DNA of 63,958 nt, filler included, from Reticulomyxa filosa (GCA_000512085.1; 20 parts of 20 records of this genome joined end to end with filler, not necessarily neighbours in it), one strand, 5' to 3'; counted from the first letter of the whole stretch, positions 50,274 to 62,958 are shown. The notes: generated by a model from the sequence alone, not told the origin. Program-made: numbers and translations.

Positions 50274-51869
50274 AATGTTGCACAAGTTTCTTGGAATCTC
50301 TTTTTATTTTTATAGTTACTCGTTCAACTTTGTTACAAAGCAAAAAAAAANNNNNNNNNNNNNNNNNNNNNNNNNNNNNNNNNNNNNNNNNNNNTTAATT
50401 AATTAANNNNNNNNNNNNNNNNNNNNNNNNNNNNNNNNNNNNNNNNNNNNTGATAAAGTGGAGTGGGCAACTCCTTCAAAGTTTGAAAGTTAGTAATCTG
50501 TTGACTTCGTTCAGTTTCTCTTTCAGGAGAGTTTTGTGCTGTAATTTGCTTGGCCATGTTGTAAATGTTTAGGAAGTTTTTTAGTTTAATTTTTTTTAGA
50601 AAAAGGTGCTGTGATCTGACCCTTTTTGAGAAAACAAAAAATATTTTACATTGACATTTTCTATTTGGTGAAAAAGTAATACCATTTGTTAAACGTTATT
50701 GTCTATCAATCAAGACTGAAATTGTGACAGTCTTGAATAACGAAAATATCGCATGTTGTACTTTTCTTGAAATAATTTATACTTGTGTAGCTTTAAATTG
50801 TATTTAGTCTTTATCCTTGTGTTAAGACTTACAAACAAGTTCGTTTTTAGTGAAATTTAAAAAAAGAGAGTTTTATGGCATTTTATCCTTTCGTTTCTTT
50901 GCATTACAAAATGATTGGCGTTTTTAATGGTGTTCTCCACTAATATGTGACCCGTGCCTCCATTAATTGAAGAGACTCCAAAAAAAGATTGCTTGTGGTT
51001 TTTTTATGAATCAAATAAAATCAGATTAAATTTGTTTCTTTCAACAAAGTTCTACTGCATTCCAATACATTCAAAAAGCATTGCATATTCGCCATTCTGT
51101 GGAGGAATATACAAAGACAATTTAAAAACGTTTAGAATAGATTTTTTTTAATTTAAAAAATACTGCATTTGGGAAAATGTCAACGATTTGACATACCAAA
51201 ATTACTTGTGACGATAGATTCTTAAAAGGCAAAAATAAAACAAGGATTTTAAGTTATACAAATACATACATTTTAAAACTAATGTTACAACCAAAATCTT
51301 ATTTTGCATTTTTTTTTAAACAAAAAATAAAAGTTAAATTTAAAAGAAGTGAAACAAATTCATCCTCATTGTAATACATATATATTTGCATGTTATTTGA
51401 AACACATAGTAAAAAATAAAAATTACCTAAAGGTTGATGGGAAGAAACAAAAAAAGTTTGATTTTAACTCAAATTTAAACATTATAATTTGGTCAAATTA
51501 CCAATTTTGATATTGTCACTGTCAAATTGTCAAATTTTATTTGAAAAAAAGCATTGCTTCTCTTAAATAAGGTAAATTACACTCTAAGGATGTTTTTAAA
51601 AAGAAAACCAAGGTATTTCCTTTTTATTGTGCAATTTGGTAAAAGAAATATTTTTTTCAAAAACCACTTCACAAAAGCAAATATTTGTGCGTTCGCATAA
51701 CTTTGTTTTTTTAAAAGATTGATTGACAAGGAAAAGATACAATAACTACCGACTCATATGTTTATGTTTAGTTTCTTCAAGGAAACCAAACTGCAACAGA
51801 TAAAATGGCAAATGAGCACTATTGCTTTTTTAATGTTTTGTTTATGTAAATTGTGATTCAAACAGTATA

Positions 51870-52258
51870 AAGAAGAAAAGATTCAAGTAATTGTGCAGCA
51901 TTGGATTCGAATATTGCACGTCAAATTAGGATGGATTAATGAGTTTGACAAACTCATTATCAATTATGTTAGTTCATTTGTTCTTTTTTTAAATATCAAT
52001 CAAAATATTCAAATGTTTATTTAACATAGGTATCTTCTGTCTTCATGTTTGAAACATTTCGCTCATCATCCAAATTAATTAATATCACTGGACAAACTGG
52101 TTGTGTGCGAAGTATTGATTATTCAACATTTGATGATCGTCGATTCATTTGCTCTGGATCAGAGGATAAAACAGTTCGTGTATGGGATGTTGATAACAAC
52201 AAACACATTAAATCATTCAATGAACATTCATCACATGTTTATTGTGTGAAATTTTCAT
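51870..52258 (+). CDS. WD40-repeat protein, 5' part
   Basis: IQVIVQHWIRILHVKLGWINEFDKLIINY, intron, then MFETFRSSSKLINI...ICSGSEDKTVRVWD. Close paralogue of 57096-57780. Confidence 0.85.
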
Positions 52259-52384
52259 NNNNNNNNNNNNNNNNNNNNNNNNNNNNNNNNNNNNNNNNNN
52301 NNTTAATTAATTAANNNNNNNNNNNNNNNNNNNNNNNNNNNNNNNNNNNNNNNNNNNNAAAAAAGTTATTCAAAAATCAATATC

Positions 52385-52519
52385 ATATTTAAAAACTACA
52401 AGACTTGTAGATATTTAAAAAAAAAAAATTAGCTTTAAATGTTTGTTTTTCATTAAGAAAATCTATCATCTTCATAAGGTGGCATTTTAGGTGTTCAGTT
52501 TTTTTTGCAACCTACTGTA
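52385..52519 (+). mobile_element. Terminal inverted repeat copy of the MITE family
   Basis: TTCATTAAGAAAATCTATCATC...TTTTAGGTGTT...CTACTG|TA; the upstream TATTTAAAAACTACA also matches about 53905-53920. Confidence 0.72.
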
Positions 52520-53494
52520 TTTATTTCTTGTTTGAAAATAGCCTACTTCATTAGTAGAAACTAAAAGTGTATAGATAAAAAGTTGAATATATCAACGTAC
52601 GTATAAAACGCATGCAACTAACTTACAAAGAAAGCTCAAAAAAAAGGAATATAGCTTCGGAAAAACAGGTTTTAGACATATTAGTAATTCAGAATGAAAA
52701 GAAAACAAAATAACTGCACAATAACATTATAAAATACTAATACAATTATTAAAAGAGAACTGAATAAATAATGATCATTTTTTTTCATTTTGCATAACTT
52801 TCAAATGAAAGACAAACGTTATAGCGTCAATGAGCTGTAAACTAATCCGTAGTTGTGGTATTACTATAACAGAACACAACACAAATAAAGCATTGGACAG
52901 CTACTGTCAATTGTGCACGTACTGAATTGAATAAGCAATGCCACTGCACAGTAGAGTCTTAGTAAGGTGGAAAAACAAACGACAACTGTTCTAACAAAAC
53001 GGTAGCTTAAATATAAAGTGCGAACAAGTATAAATCTTAAATTATATTTAAAAATTTCCAGAAAAATTTTGTTTTCAATGAAGAAAATCGATATGGTTGG
53101 CATTTAGCCCACTGAGGGCTCCATAGTTTCTTGCAACTTATACAAATTGTGAATATCATTACTAAGAGACGCATGATTTGGTTATCTTTTGGACATTGCA
53201 AATTCTGAAATAATAGAAAACATTGATTTCCATAACATTTGAAATTGTGGAAAAAGTGAAAGCAATTTGAAAGACTTAAATATTTGTAGATCTTATGTTA
53301 AAAAGAATTTGGAAAGAGCTGGTTGTGTCATTTTAGGTGTTGGAATTGTTGCATTGAAAGAGAAGTCAATGTTTTGTCTTTGCATTTGTAACAATGACAC
53401 ATTTCTTCAGATTTTTACTAAGTTTCTTATTGGTCATGGCCACTGCCTCTGCTGCTGAAAAAAGGTATATTAAGTGAGTGTAAAGTTTTAAAAA

Positions 53495-54024
53495 TACAGT
53501 AGAATGCAAAAGAAAGTTGAATATAAATTTTCTCCATGAAGAAGCAAATTTAATCAAATTTTTTAAACATATCTACAGTCAAAACAAAAACTACTAAAAG
53601 AGTAACAAAAAAAAAAGATGATAAGGTAAGTTTTATGTCAAGGGCGTAGGATGACGGTTTTTCGAATTTGATTTTTTAATTTTTTTACTGTATTGATTGC
53701 TTGATTTGTAATTTTAAGATTACTTTTTTGTATATCTTTGTTCAAGTACTATTGGCGATAGCAAACGTAAGGCAATAGCTGAATTAAATTTTTTATTCTT
53801 CAAGGAGTTTTTTTTGAAAATTTGTGATTAATTTAACTATTCTATGAAAAAAAACTTTATCATAAAAAGAATCAAAATTTTTGAAACAGAACAAAAACCA
53901 AAACTATTTAAAAAACTACACTATTTGTAAATTTTTTAAATTTTGATTAAATTGTTTCTTCATTGAGAAAATTGATCATCTGTATAGCCGTTTAGGTATC
54001 AACTCTCTTTTGCATTCTACTGCA
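53495..54024. mobile_element. Putative MITE (about 526 bp) with imperfect TIRs of about 80-100 bp, Tc1/mariner-pogo-like ends
   Basis: Left end TA|CAGTAGAATGCAAAAGAAAGTTGA...TTCTCCATGAAGAAGCAAATTTAATCAAA; right end TTTGATTAAATTGTTTCTTCATTGAGAAA...TCAACTCTCTTTTGCATTCTACTG|CA. No internal ORF. Confidence 0.75.
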
Positions 54025-55014
54025 GTAGCAATGTTACAACGATTAATGATGTAAGAGTAACAAACGCACACTGATTATTATTTTATTTAGCAACTCGTGA
54101 AATTACAATACTTAATGAAAATCTCACACGTATTCTCAAAAAAATATTATCGATTTGATACTTATCAAAAGTTATATTTTGCTTTGTTTTTTCGGGCCAT
54201 CGTCATATTAGAGTGATTCGTTTTTCTTGTTCATCTCAAATGAAACTGTAAAATAAAAAAATGCTTATAAAATCAAAAATACAATAAATAAAACAATTTC
54301 TATGTTGACGTGTGATAAAAGGAAATGTCATAATGCTTTAAATTTTCAGAATTTTTCTATGCCGTATTGAATCTTTGTTCAGTAACTTCAACTAGTCGTG
54401 CAAATCGTCCGAACGTACAAATGGAAGAGGATTTAAACACATTTTCGAAATAAAAAACTGCCTACTATTAGTTTATGAAGCAATATTATTCATAAACTAA
54501 TCTCTGTATAAAGAATTTTTTGTAAGTTCTAATTGTGCTGAACTTGAAACTGCCTTTGCTCAAAAAAATAAAAAGCGTATAGTTTAGTCAACAAGGGCAA
54601 AAAGTAAATTTAAATAAAAATAAATTATACTTCATGTATTTGTTTTGAATAAAAAAAAAGGTGTTAGTTATTTCTGTTTCTGTTCCAGTTTGGTAATTGG
54701 TATTATTGAAAATCTTGTATCCCATTCCCGCTGCTGTTTTTTTGTTTGTTTATTTTATTTTTATTTATTTATTTTTAAATTTAAATTAATTGTATTTTTC
54801 TTTCTCTACCACAACATAAATAAATAATCAAATATCAATATCAATAATCAAATATCAAATGTTTTGAAATATCAAATGTCAAATGTTCAATATCAAATGT
54901 TTCAATTTCAATTTTGAATGTCAATTTTTTCCAAATTTTTTATTTTATTTTTTTAAGTTTATTTTCCACATGAATTTAAAAAAGAAAGAAAATTTTTTAA
55001 AAAAATAGTCTAAG

Positions 55015-55510
55015 CTATTTATCACAAGAATATTTGTTTTCTTCAAGTTTTTTTTTCTTTATAAATTTATCAAGGCACTCCAAAATATTATCTGGAATTT
55101 CAATTGCACATATATCATCATTAGGTTTATTACGTTCACTTTGACCAGTTTTAAAATTAATCCAATAATATTTTTCATTATCATCACAAAAACGATGAAA
55201 CAAACCTTGATCACTATCAAAAGGTGCAGTAATTCCATTTTCATACCAAGGATTCCATGACATATTGGATTTAGTTCTCCAATAAAATCTTTTATTAGTT
55301 TCACTGTATTTACGATACCACCAAGTTTTATTAATTCTAGCTCTTGCTGGCCATCTATTGCAATGAAGTTGCAAATAATTTAAAGTATCATCATTGAGAA
55401 TAGAATTAGCAGTTAAAGCAGGAGTTATAGATTCTCTGTCATTTGTATAAATGGAAGGAGAAGTTAAAGATTCAGTATGTGAATTAAGTCGTATTCGTTT
55501 TGGTGCAATT
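55015..55510 (-). CDS. Protein fragment with two WW-like domains (last exon)
   Basis: WWYRKYSETNKRFYWRTKSNMSWNP and LFHRFCDDNEKYYWINFKTGQSERNKP. Confidence 0.5.
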
Positions 55511-56071
55511 TCTTTTATAATGTGAATATATATATATATATACATATATATATTTATGATTTTTTTTTTTTAAAATAAAATATATACAANNNNNNNNNNN
55601 NNNNNNNNNNNNNNNNNNNNNNNNNNNNNNNNNTTAATTAATTAANNNNNNNNNNNNNNNNNNNNNNNNNNNNNNNNNNNNNNNNNNNNTAATTTCTTTT
55701 CTATCTCCACAGCTTTGCCATTTTATTTTTTTTGTTGTATTGTCTTTGCCAAGTGCATCAACGCCATGCAAAGAGCGCGTTTCAGTCACCAATAACTCAC
55801 TTCATATTTTCTCTTGATTTTTCATTGCCGTCCATCTGGATCATTCGTTTTTATATGTTTGTCGGTAGTGCCTCTTTTTTTAATTTTCCTCCAAAGTGGC
55901 CATGGGTCTGTCTGTATACGTAACTTGATGTGATTTGACACTCGAACTTTGAAATGAGAGTCATAAATGCCATGTGTGTTCAAATAACAATGATATTCAC
56001 TTATCCAATTAACAATGTATTTCTGTTCAATACCTGTTGCAATGGCGTCTGATGTTTGCGCAAGTTTTGCT

Positions 56072-56650
56072 TCACGTCGGCCAGTTTGATTGGTTTGAAC
56101 TTTTTCTCTTCGCTCGTGGAGCTGCTAATGTAACAATAAGAATTTTCTTACCCGTTTGCTGAACAATCCCTTCTTCGCCCGAATGTAACAAAACGTGATC
56201 TCCTTCTTGATGTTTTTTCACTTCCTCCTGCATCTCCTTCTTTGAACAATGACTCTGCGTCCGATTTGGATGACAGACTTGCAACACTGCGTCGTCGAGT
56301 GAACAACCCTTACCCATTTGGTTTGAAATAGTGTTTGTCCATGGAATGTTCCGTCGTTGACATTAGGGTACACGTGTCCAACCACTCCAATGAGGGTCTT
56401 ACCCGGCCATTGCCTGTCTCCGTGCCAAATATTTGGCAACGCCAGTGCTTCCTTCTGCCAATAAAATGCAATCTTCGACCTTCAAGTGGATATCGTGCTT
56501 GACACTATTGCCGCGGTACATATTGAATGGCTCGTTGATGATCAAACCTAAGTTTTCGATGGGATGCTTTGGCGGTGCGAAAAAGCCTCGATGCATCCTA
56601 AAGTAAGAAGTACCCTTGACTGTTTCGATCCATCGCCTGTATTTTCGTCT
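56072..56650 (-). pseudogene. Frameshifted CAP-Gly domain gene
   Basis: Three frames combine to give LKVEDCILLAEGSTGVAKY / KTLIGVV...PNVNDGTFHGQTLFQTK / MGKG, matching the CAP-Gly G..DG...G..F motif. A second unit starts at EGDHVLLHSGEEGIV. Confidence 0.6.
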
Positions 56651-57095
56651 CATTCGTTGAGTTCAATATCAATAAATTTTTCACATTTACCAAAATCAGG
56701 AAATTGCCAGAGTATCTGACAATCTAAAATCCAAAACAGTTTCAATCCGAAAAAGATCTCAACTCCTTCAAATCCATTCTTCAACGCAATAATACTGCTC
56801 ACAGCAACAACGCTTCTGTGAGTGCGCATTTTCACTATTGGCCTACACGTGCAAAATAACAGTGTCCCAGTTAGCATTCAAAGTATCTTTTTTTATTATT
56901 TAGTTATCAAATAAGATTTTCTTGTGAATACATCCTATACATCATATATATCCTATATTAACATTTCTTTTCTCTTCTTTTTAAAATAAAACAAANNNNN
57001 NNNNNNNNNNNNNNNNNNNNNNNNNNNNNNNNNNNNNNNTTAATTAATTAANNNNNNNNNNNNNNNNNNNNNNNNNNNNNNNNNNNNNNNNNNNN

Positions 57096-57780
57096 TTCAA
57101 TCCCACAAACACCACTAGGTGTCCATTGAATATTTGTAATTGCTTATTATGTTTGAAATCCCAAAAACGAATGGTATTGTCACGTGATGAAGAGCAAATG
57201 ACATTTTGACGATGATTATGATAATGATATGATGAAAATTTCACACAATACACATCATCTGAATGTTCATTGAATGATTGAATTTGTTTGTTGTTATCAA
57301 TATCCCATACACAAACTGTTTGATTATCTGACCCAGAACAAATGAATTGACAATCATCAAATGTTAAATAATCAATACTCCAAACCTTGTTTATATCTCC
57401 AGTGAATATATTGATTAATTTGGATGATGAACGAAATGTGTCAAACATAAAGAGGGTAGTTGCCTGTGTTAACAACGATAATAAAAAATAACAAATATAT
57501 TTGTTTATTTTTATTGTAATTAATGAAAGACAAAAACAAAAAAAACGTAACATAATTGACAACAAGTTTATCGAAATAATGTATCCATCCAAATTTAATT
57601 TGTAATATTCGAATCCAATGTTGAATAATGATTTGGATTTTGTTTTTCTCTGGCTAATTCGTCACAAGTCAACACAACAAACACAATAAAAACTTGAAGA
57701 CAATTAACTTTTTAGAAATTTGGAATAAAACTTACTACTAGTTGAGGTAAAGTTTGTTCATGATTGATAAGATCTGTCAT
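57096..57780 (-). CDS. WD40-repeat protein, 5' part
   Basis: ATG at 57780; IQIIIQHWIRILQIKFGWIHYFDKLVVNY; MFDTFRSSSKLINIFTG...ICSGSDNQTVCVWD...ICSSSRDNTIRFWD. Confidence 0.88.
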
Positions 57781-58199
57781 TTTGCAACTACTTTTGTTTG
57801 GATAGTCTTCAATGATGTAAAATGGAAAATTTCAACTTTTTTTTTCAAGTTCAATGAAGGGACTTCAAAAATAGAATTTTGAAATATCTGTGTTTTTTCT
57901 TAATGAAGAAAAATTATAACTTTTTATAACTATATTAAGGACAATAAATTATCTTTTTTTTACTTATTCAATATATATATCTAATAATATAATGCTTATG
58001 GTTAAAATGAAAATACAAATATTTTATTATTAAACTAAACAAAATTGAATTATATATGCAAACGGAAAAAAAATTTATCATGATCCAATGAACTAATTAC
58101 CTTCAACGAAACAAACAAATCAAAGCAAAGAAAAGCATAAAATGAAAACTAGAAAGAACAAAGATTTGTTGAAACTAAAGTGCATACAATTCATTCTTA

Positions 58200-58910
58200 T
58201 TTGATTAAATATCCCAAAAAAGAATTGTTTTGGTAATGATATTGCGAAAATTTCACACAATTCACATAACTTAAATATCCATTGAATGATTGAATTTGTT
58301 TGTTATCATCAACATCACATACACGAACTTTTCTATCATCTGGCCCAGAAAAATGAATTGACCATTATCAGATGCTGAATAGTAAATATTATTCACACAA
58401 TTAATATGTACAGTGAATGTATTGATTAATTTAGATGATGAACAAAACAGATTAAAATTGATAATTGATAATAAAATAGAAGGCTCATAAGATTATTTTT
58501 TCTTTTCTTTTTTTTTGTTTGTGTTAAAGATTTAATTTTTGGAGTAATTGTTGATAATCTTGAGTCAATTGGAATTCTTTTCTTTCAATGATTTAATTAT
58601 TGTTTTTCTTTATCATTAAAACTCTTTTTTATTATTTCAATATCTGCTTGGTGATTGTTCATTCAATTATCTTTCTTGTCTCATGGATTGTTACAAAATC
58701 AAAATGTAATTTCATTGTTGAAATGTGATGATCATTTAAATTTTGGTTGAAGCAGATATGACTGCAATCAATTAAATTCAAATCGCATTCATTGGTTAAA
58801 CAATTATTTAAATCTTTTAATTTTCCTTTACAATCACATTTAATGTTACGTGGTTGAATTGGACAAGATTTGTTATTGTTTTTAAGAAATAATTCTAGAC
58901 AATGTTCTTC
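58200..58910 (-). pseudogene. Decayed RING/TRAF-ZnF, coiled-coil, WD40 gene
   Basis: CLELFLKNNNKSCPIQP / CDCKGKLKDLNNCLTNEC / LNDHHISTMKLHFDFV pieces; 58200-58450 is a DNA-level relative of the WD40 exon at 57150-57440. Many stops and deletions. Confidence 0.65.
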
Positions 58911-60249
58911 AGTCTTTACTTCACCTTTTGTGCTTTTCTTCCTTTGCTTTCTTTGTTTTATTAATAATAGGCACTCGAAACTTCAAACAAAAATTTTTGG
59001 AGTTGAGTCTGTCAAAAAAAACTTTTTTTTTAGTTTTACAAAAATGGAGAGAGACAATCCTCTTTTATGAAGATTTTCTATTTAAAAACAATGCAAGTTC
59101 ACAAAAATCAATTAAAATTATTCCTTGTTCTTTTTCACCTGTTTGCATTTGCGGGGGAGTTGGAAAACATTTACACTGGATTCCTAAACATAAAATCCTC
59201 AAGCCCCTTTTTATCTTGGAGATTCAATTATCATCTATCCTGCTTGACGTACTTCTTTCTTCTAAGAATATTGAAATCAATAGTTAAAAAAGATATTAAA
59301 AAAGTCCTGCTACCGCCTGAGTTGTGCAATTCAATCGTTTATTCTTGTGTTTATTGAAAATTTCACAGCTGAATTATTCTGTTGACAATAATTGCTTATT
59401 CCTGCAATTTTGCTAAAAAGAAAAATTAAGTTATTTATTTAAATCTTCTCTTTGAAGCACATTTGAACCTTCAGATTCGAAAAAACAAACAAATGATCAC
59501 TTGAAAGAACAAGCAACAGAGTTGAACTAACTATTCAAATCTTCGCTTCAACAAATTAATCTATTTGTAAAATACCCTTTTAAGAAATGGAAATGACAAG
59601 GAATTCAAATAGACATTTACAAATTACACTTGTATTCGTTTTGTTATTTATGTTAAACAAATGTGATTTACAAACAAACATTTGATGTTTGTCTTTATTA
59701 TTATTCACAAGGTGTTTCCAAAAAAAAACGCAATGGGTTAAATTTTTGCTGTAGTTTTTATTTGCTTTCTTAGAAAATTAAAAATAAATAAAGATGTCCA
59801 ATAATGTTAACCACTTTATGAAAATAGAGTTTCGTGTTGTCCCTTTTTAAACAAAACTTTTTTTTTGGAGAAAAAAAACTCTTAATCATAATAAAGAAAT
59901 GTTATCCTTGAACATGGAAAGAGATGAAAAAAAAGTNNNNNNNNNNNNNNNNNNNNNNNNNNNNNNNNNNNNNNNNNNNNTTAATTAATTAANNNNNNNN
60001 NNNNNNNNNNNNNNNNNNNNNNNNNNNNNNNNNNNNGAAATTTGAAATAGATATATCATAATAGTAATAGTCATAGTAATAATAATAATAATGATAATTG
60101 TAATCGCAATAGCACAATAGGGATGATGAGCATTGGTCAAGATTTAAAGCAATGCGGATAAAAATGCATATGGATATAACATATACACATATACACACAT
60201 ATGTATATGAATGCATTTGAGTTTCGAATATACAAACAAACAGATGAAA

Positions 60250-61181
60250 AGATGAGCTGCATTTGAAATTACACAAACAAAAGACAGAGGCAAGTGGGAA
60301 AAAAGGGGCATACCAAAGTTTGTTCAGTGTCATCAGGGCCCAGTTGTTCGCAGATGGGTCCGAAATATTGTACGGTGACCTTTGGTGTTGTGTAATGTGA
60401 CCAAAGTGGATAGAAAGTCAATTGTGAACAGCAACAAAAAGAGAGTTCAAATTGTTGTTACTTATATGTTCGAATTTTCTTTATGTGTGTATGTATTTAT
60501 ATGTGTGTGTGTGTTTTCCCCTCTTCCTCTTCCTCCTCTTGAAATAGAGGAGGGGGGGGAAAAAAAAATCCTGCTTTGAAATAACTTTTCGAACACGAAA
60601 GGAATTGTCTTGACTTAAGGTATGCAAATCATTGGACAAACAATCTTTGCAAATCGAGCTTCCAACAATGGGTGCCAATTCTGCCAACAACTGGACACAA
60701 TAACAAATAATAAATAATAATGTATTATTTATTATTTATTATGAATGCATTAAAATGCAACTACAAAAAAAAAAACACACACACACAGAAATACCGGCAA
60801 AGCACAAATCTTTTGATCGTCGGTGTCGTCATGTGCCATATGTAATACAATTTTGAGGACATGTTCATTGACTTCTTCTTTGGTCAGCAGCTCGGCGACA
60901 ATGATGAGGGATGTGCTTGCAGGCTGTCGGACTTCCATGGCGTCACGCAGCATTTCTTTGAGCAGCGGCAACAAGTCACAGATTATCAAGTCATGCGCCT
61001 CTTTGCTATCATTCGTTTTTTCGATCAAATATTTGCAATAGAGGCCCAATTGTTCCGCACACGTTTGTCGAATCACCATCTCTTTGTCACCCGCCACATT
61101 TTTTATTTGATTTTTCAATGACAATGCCGCCTTTGCTCCAAACAACTCACATACCGATGCTAACCTTTTGACTGCTACCAA
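60250..61181 (-). CDS. HEAT-repeat phosphatase scaffold (PP4 regulatory subunit 1 / PP2A-A-like), internal fragment
   Basis: DKEMVIRQTCAEQL, LLPLLKEMLRD..EVRQ, VLKIVLHMAHDD, LSQDNSFRVRK, FGPICEQLG. Confidence 0.75.
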
Positions 61182-61494
61182 CTTTTTTATTTATTTTTTT
61201 TTTTTCAAATTGCAAAAAAAAAAAAAATGGGGTTTGTGTATACGTATGTTCAAAGATTCACAAAAAAAAAAAAAAAAAAAAAAAAAACCCGCGAAAATTT
61301 AGGTTTTTTTTTTNNNNNNNNNNNNNNNNNNNNNNNNNNNNNNNNNNNNNNNNNNNNTTAATTAATTAANNNNNNNNNNNNNNNNNNNNNNNNNNNNNNN
61401 NNNNNNNNNNNNNATAACGTATGTATACGTCATGTCCACATACTTGAAGCTGTTTGATTAATGAACACTTTTTTTTTTTTTTTTTTTTTTTTAT

Positions 61495-62298
61495 AACTTT
61501 TATAAATTTGAATAAACTCCACGTAGACTTTCCACTCTTTGATAATGGATGGGGTCGTGTCATCCTCCTCTTCATCTTCATTGTCATCATCATCATCATC
61601 ATCATTATCATTCGTCGCACTAACTGCTCTCGACATCATACTCGTTCGCTCCGTCAAGCACTGCAGCAAGTACTCGATGCATCGAGGCACGATTCCATTC
61701 AATTCTTTGTCAATTGTTCTTTCTTTGTCCGATGTTTCTGGTCCGAACATCTTTTTTTATACGTATGTATATGTCGAAACATTGTTATGGTGCATTGCTT
61801 GAAAATTACTATTTGTAGCTTATTGTCGAAACTGTAAATGATTTGCCCGCCCCACTTTGACCATAGCAAAAAATCGTTGCGTTGTACCCTTCCAAAGCTG
61901 CGTCCACCATCGGTCTACCAATTTGTATAAACGCTTCTGCTTGGGTCGACTCTGATGGGAATATTCGATCCAATGTACACTTGTATGGCTTCTGTGAGTT
62001 TTCATTGTCTCGTGCCAGTCTCACACTTTGCAAATCCAGATATACTGGGGGCATATCTATCAACCCCTATTTTTTTTTTTAAATACACTTTTTCTCATAT
62101 TCGTTGGGGGGTACATATTCAAATGTACGCACACTTTTTCCAACTTCATGTTACAAAATGTCTCGTTAACAAAAAAAAAAAAAAGAAAACTAAACAGTAA
62201 CAAGGACTGAAAAACCTTACCTCTTCTTCTGCATGACGTTTTTCAGAATTACTTATTGGGCGAAATCGCCCTAACACTCGAATTGATTCTTCACTCAT
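61495..62298 (-). CDS. Kinesin motor domain, 5' part (kinesin-1-like)
   Basis: SIRVLGRFRP, LDRIF...TQ, LEGYNATIFCYGQSGAGKSFT/MFG (P-loop), GIVPR, VEFIQIY; poly-Asp/Glu loop insertion. Confidence 0.95.
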
Positions 62299-62640
62299 CA
62301 ATCTAAACGTTTACCCCTGTTTTGGCAGCAAATAAGTGTGCACTCTTATACACTTCAGACAGCGTTTTCACGTGCAACTAGAAGTTCAGGTTTTTTGCAA
62401 CAGCTTGACACGCAAAAAAAGATTACAAAGAAGTAATGATATACTTTCAGTATGAAGGCTTCATTTTGAATTTTAGTATCATTTATGGCTACAGAAAAGA
62501 ACATGACGTACTGCAAAGCCGTCTAAGATATTTGTAAAAAAAAACTCAAGAAACTTAGGGGTTTTTCTAAAAAAAATCTTTACGATTTGTTTTGGGTCTC
62601 CCTTCTTTTCTAAGTTACATTCTCCAGTTTTAGCTAAATA

Positions 62641-62858
62641 ATGGCAGCTGATCCAAAACAAGGAAAGAAACATTTGGGAATTGTCATCGTCGGTAAGTGG
62701 TGTTTTTTTTTGCGATTTTTTTAAAACAAAAAGAAAATGAGTTGTAATTTTCTTTAAACAGGACACGTCGATGCAGGCAAATCCACGACTACTGGTCGTT
62801 TGTTATTCGAACTGGGAGGTATGAGTGACAGAGAATTGGAAAAATTGAAGAAAGAAGC
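62641..62858 (+). CDS. EFL: Elongation factor-like GTPase (EFL), 5' part
   Basis: Removing intron 62693-62761 gives [59 protein letters not shown]...RELEKLK is EFL-type; EF-1alpha has GHLIYKCGGIDKRTIEKFE. Missed by the ORF track. Confidence 0.9.
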
Positions 62859-62958
62859 NNNNNNNNNNNNNNNNNNNNNNNNNNNNNNNNNNNNNNNNNN
62901 NNTTAATTAATTAANNNNNNNNNNNNNNNNNNNNNNNNNNNNNNNNNNNNNNNNNNNN

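Noticed and set aside
8656-62914. Recurrent TTAATTAATTAA palindrome as a CRISPR-like repeat or biological boundary
   Set aside because: It is always embedded in exactly 44+44 N and is a six-frame-stop assembly linker. Any gene cluster that spans it is artefactual.
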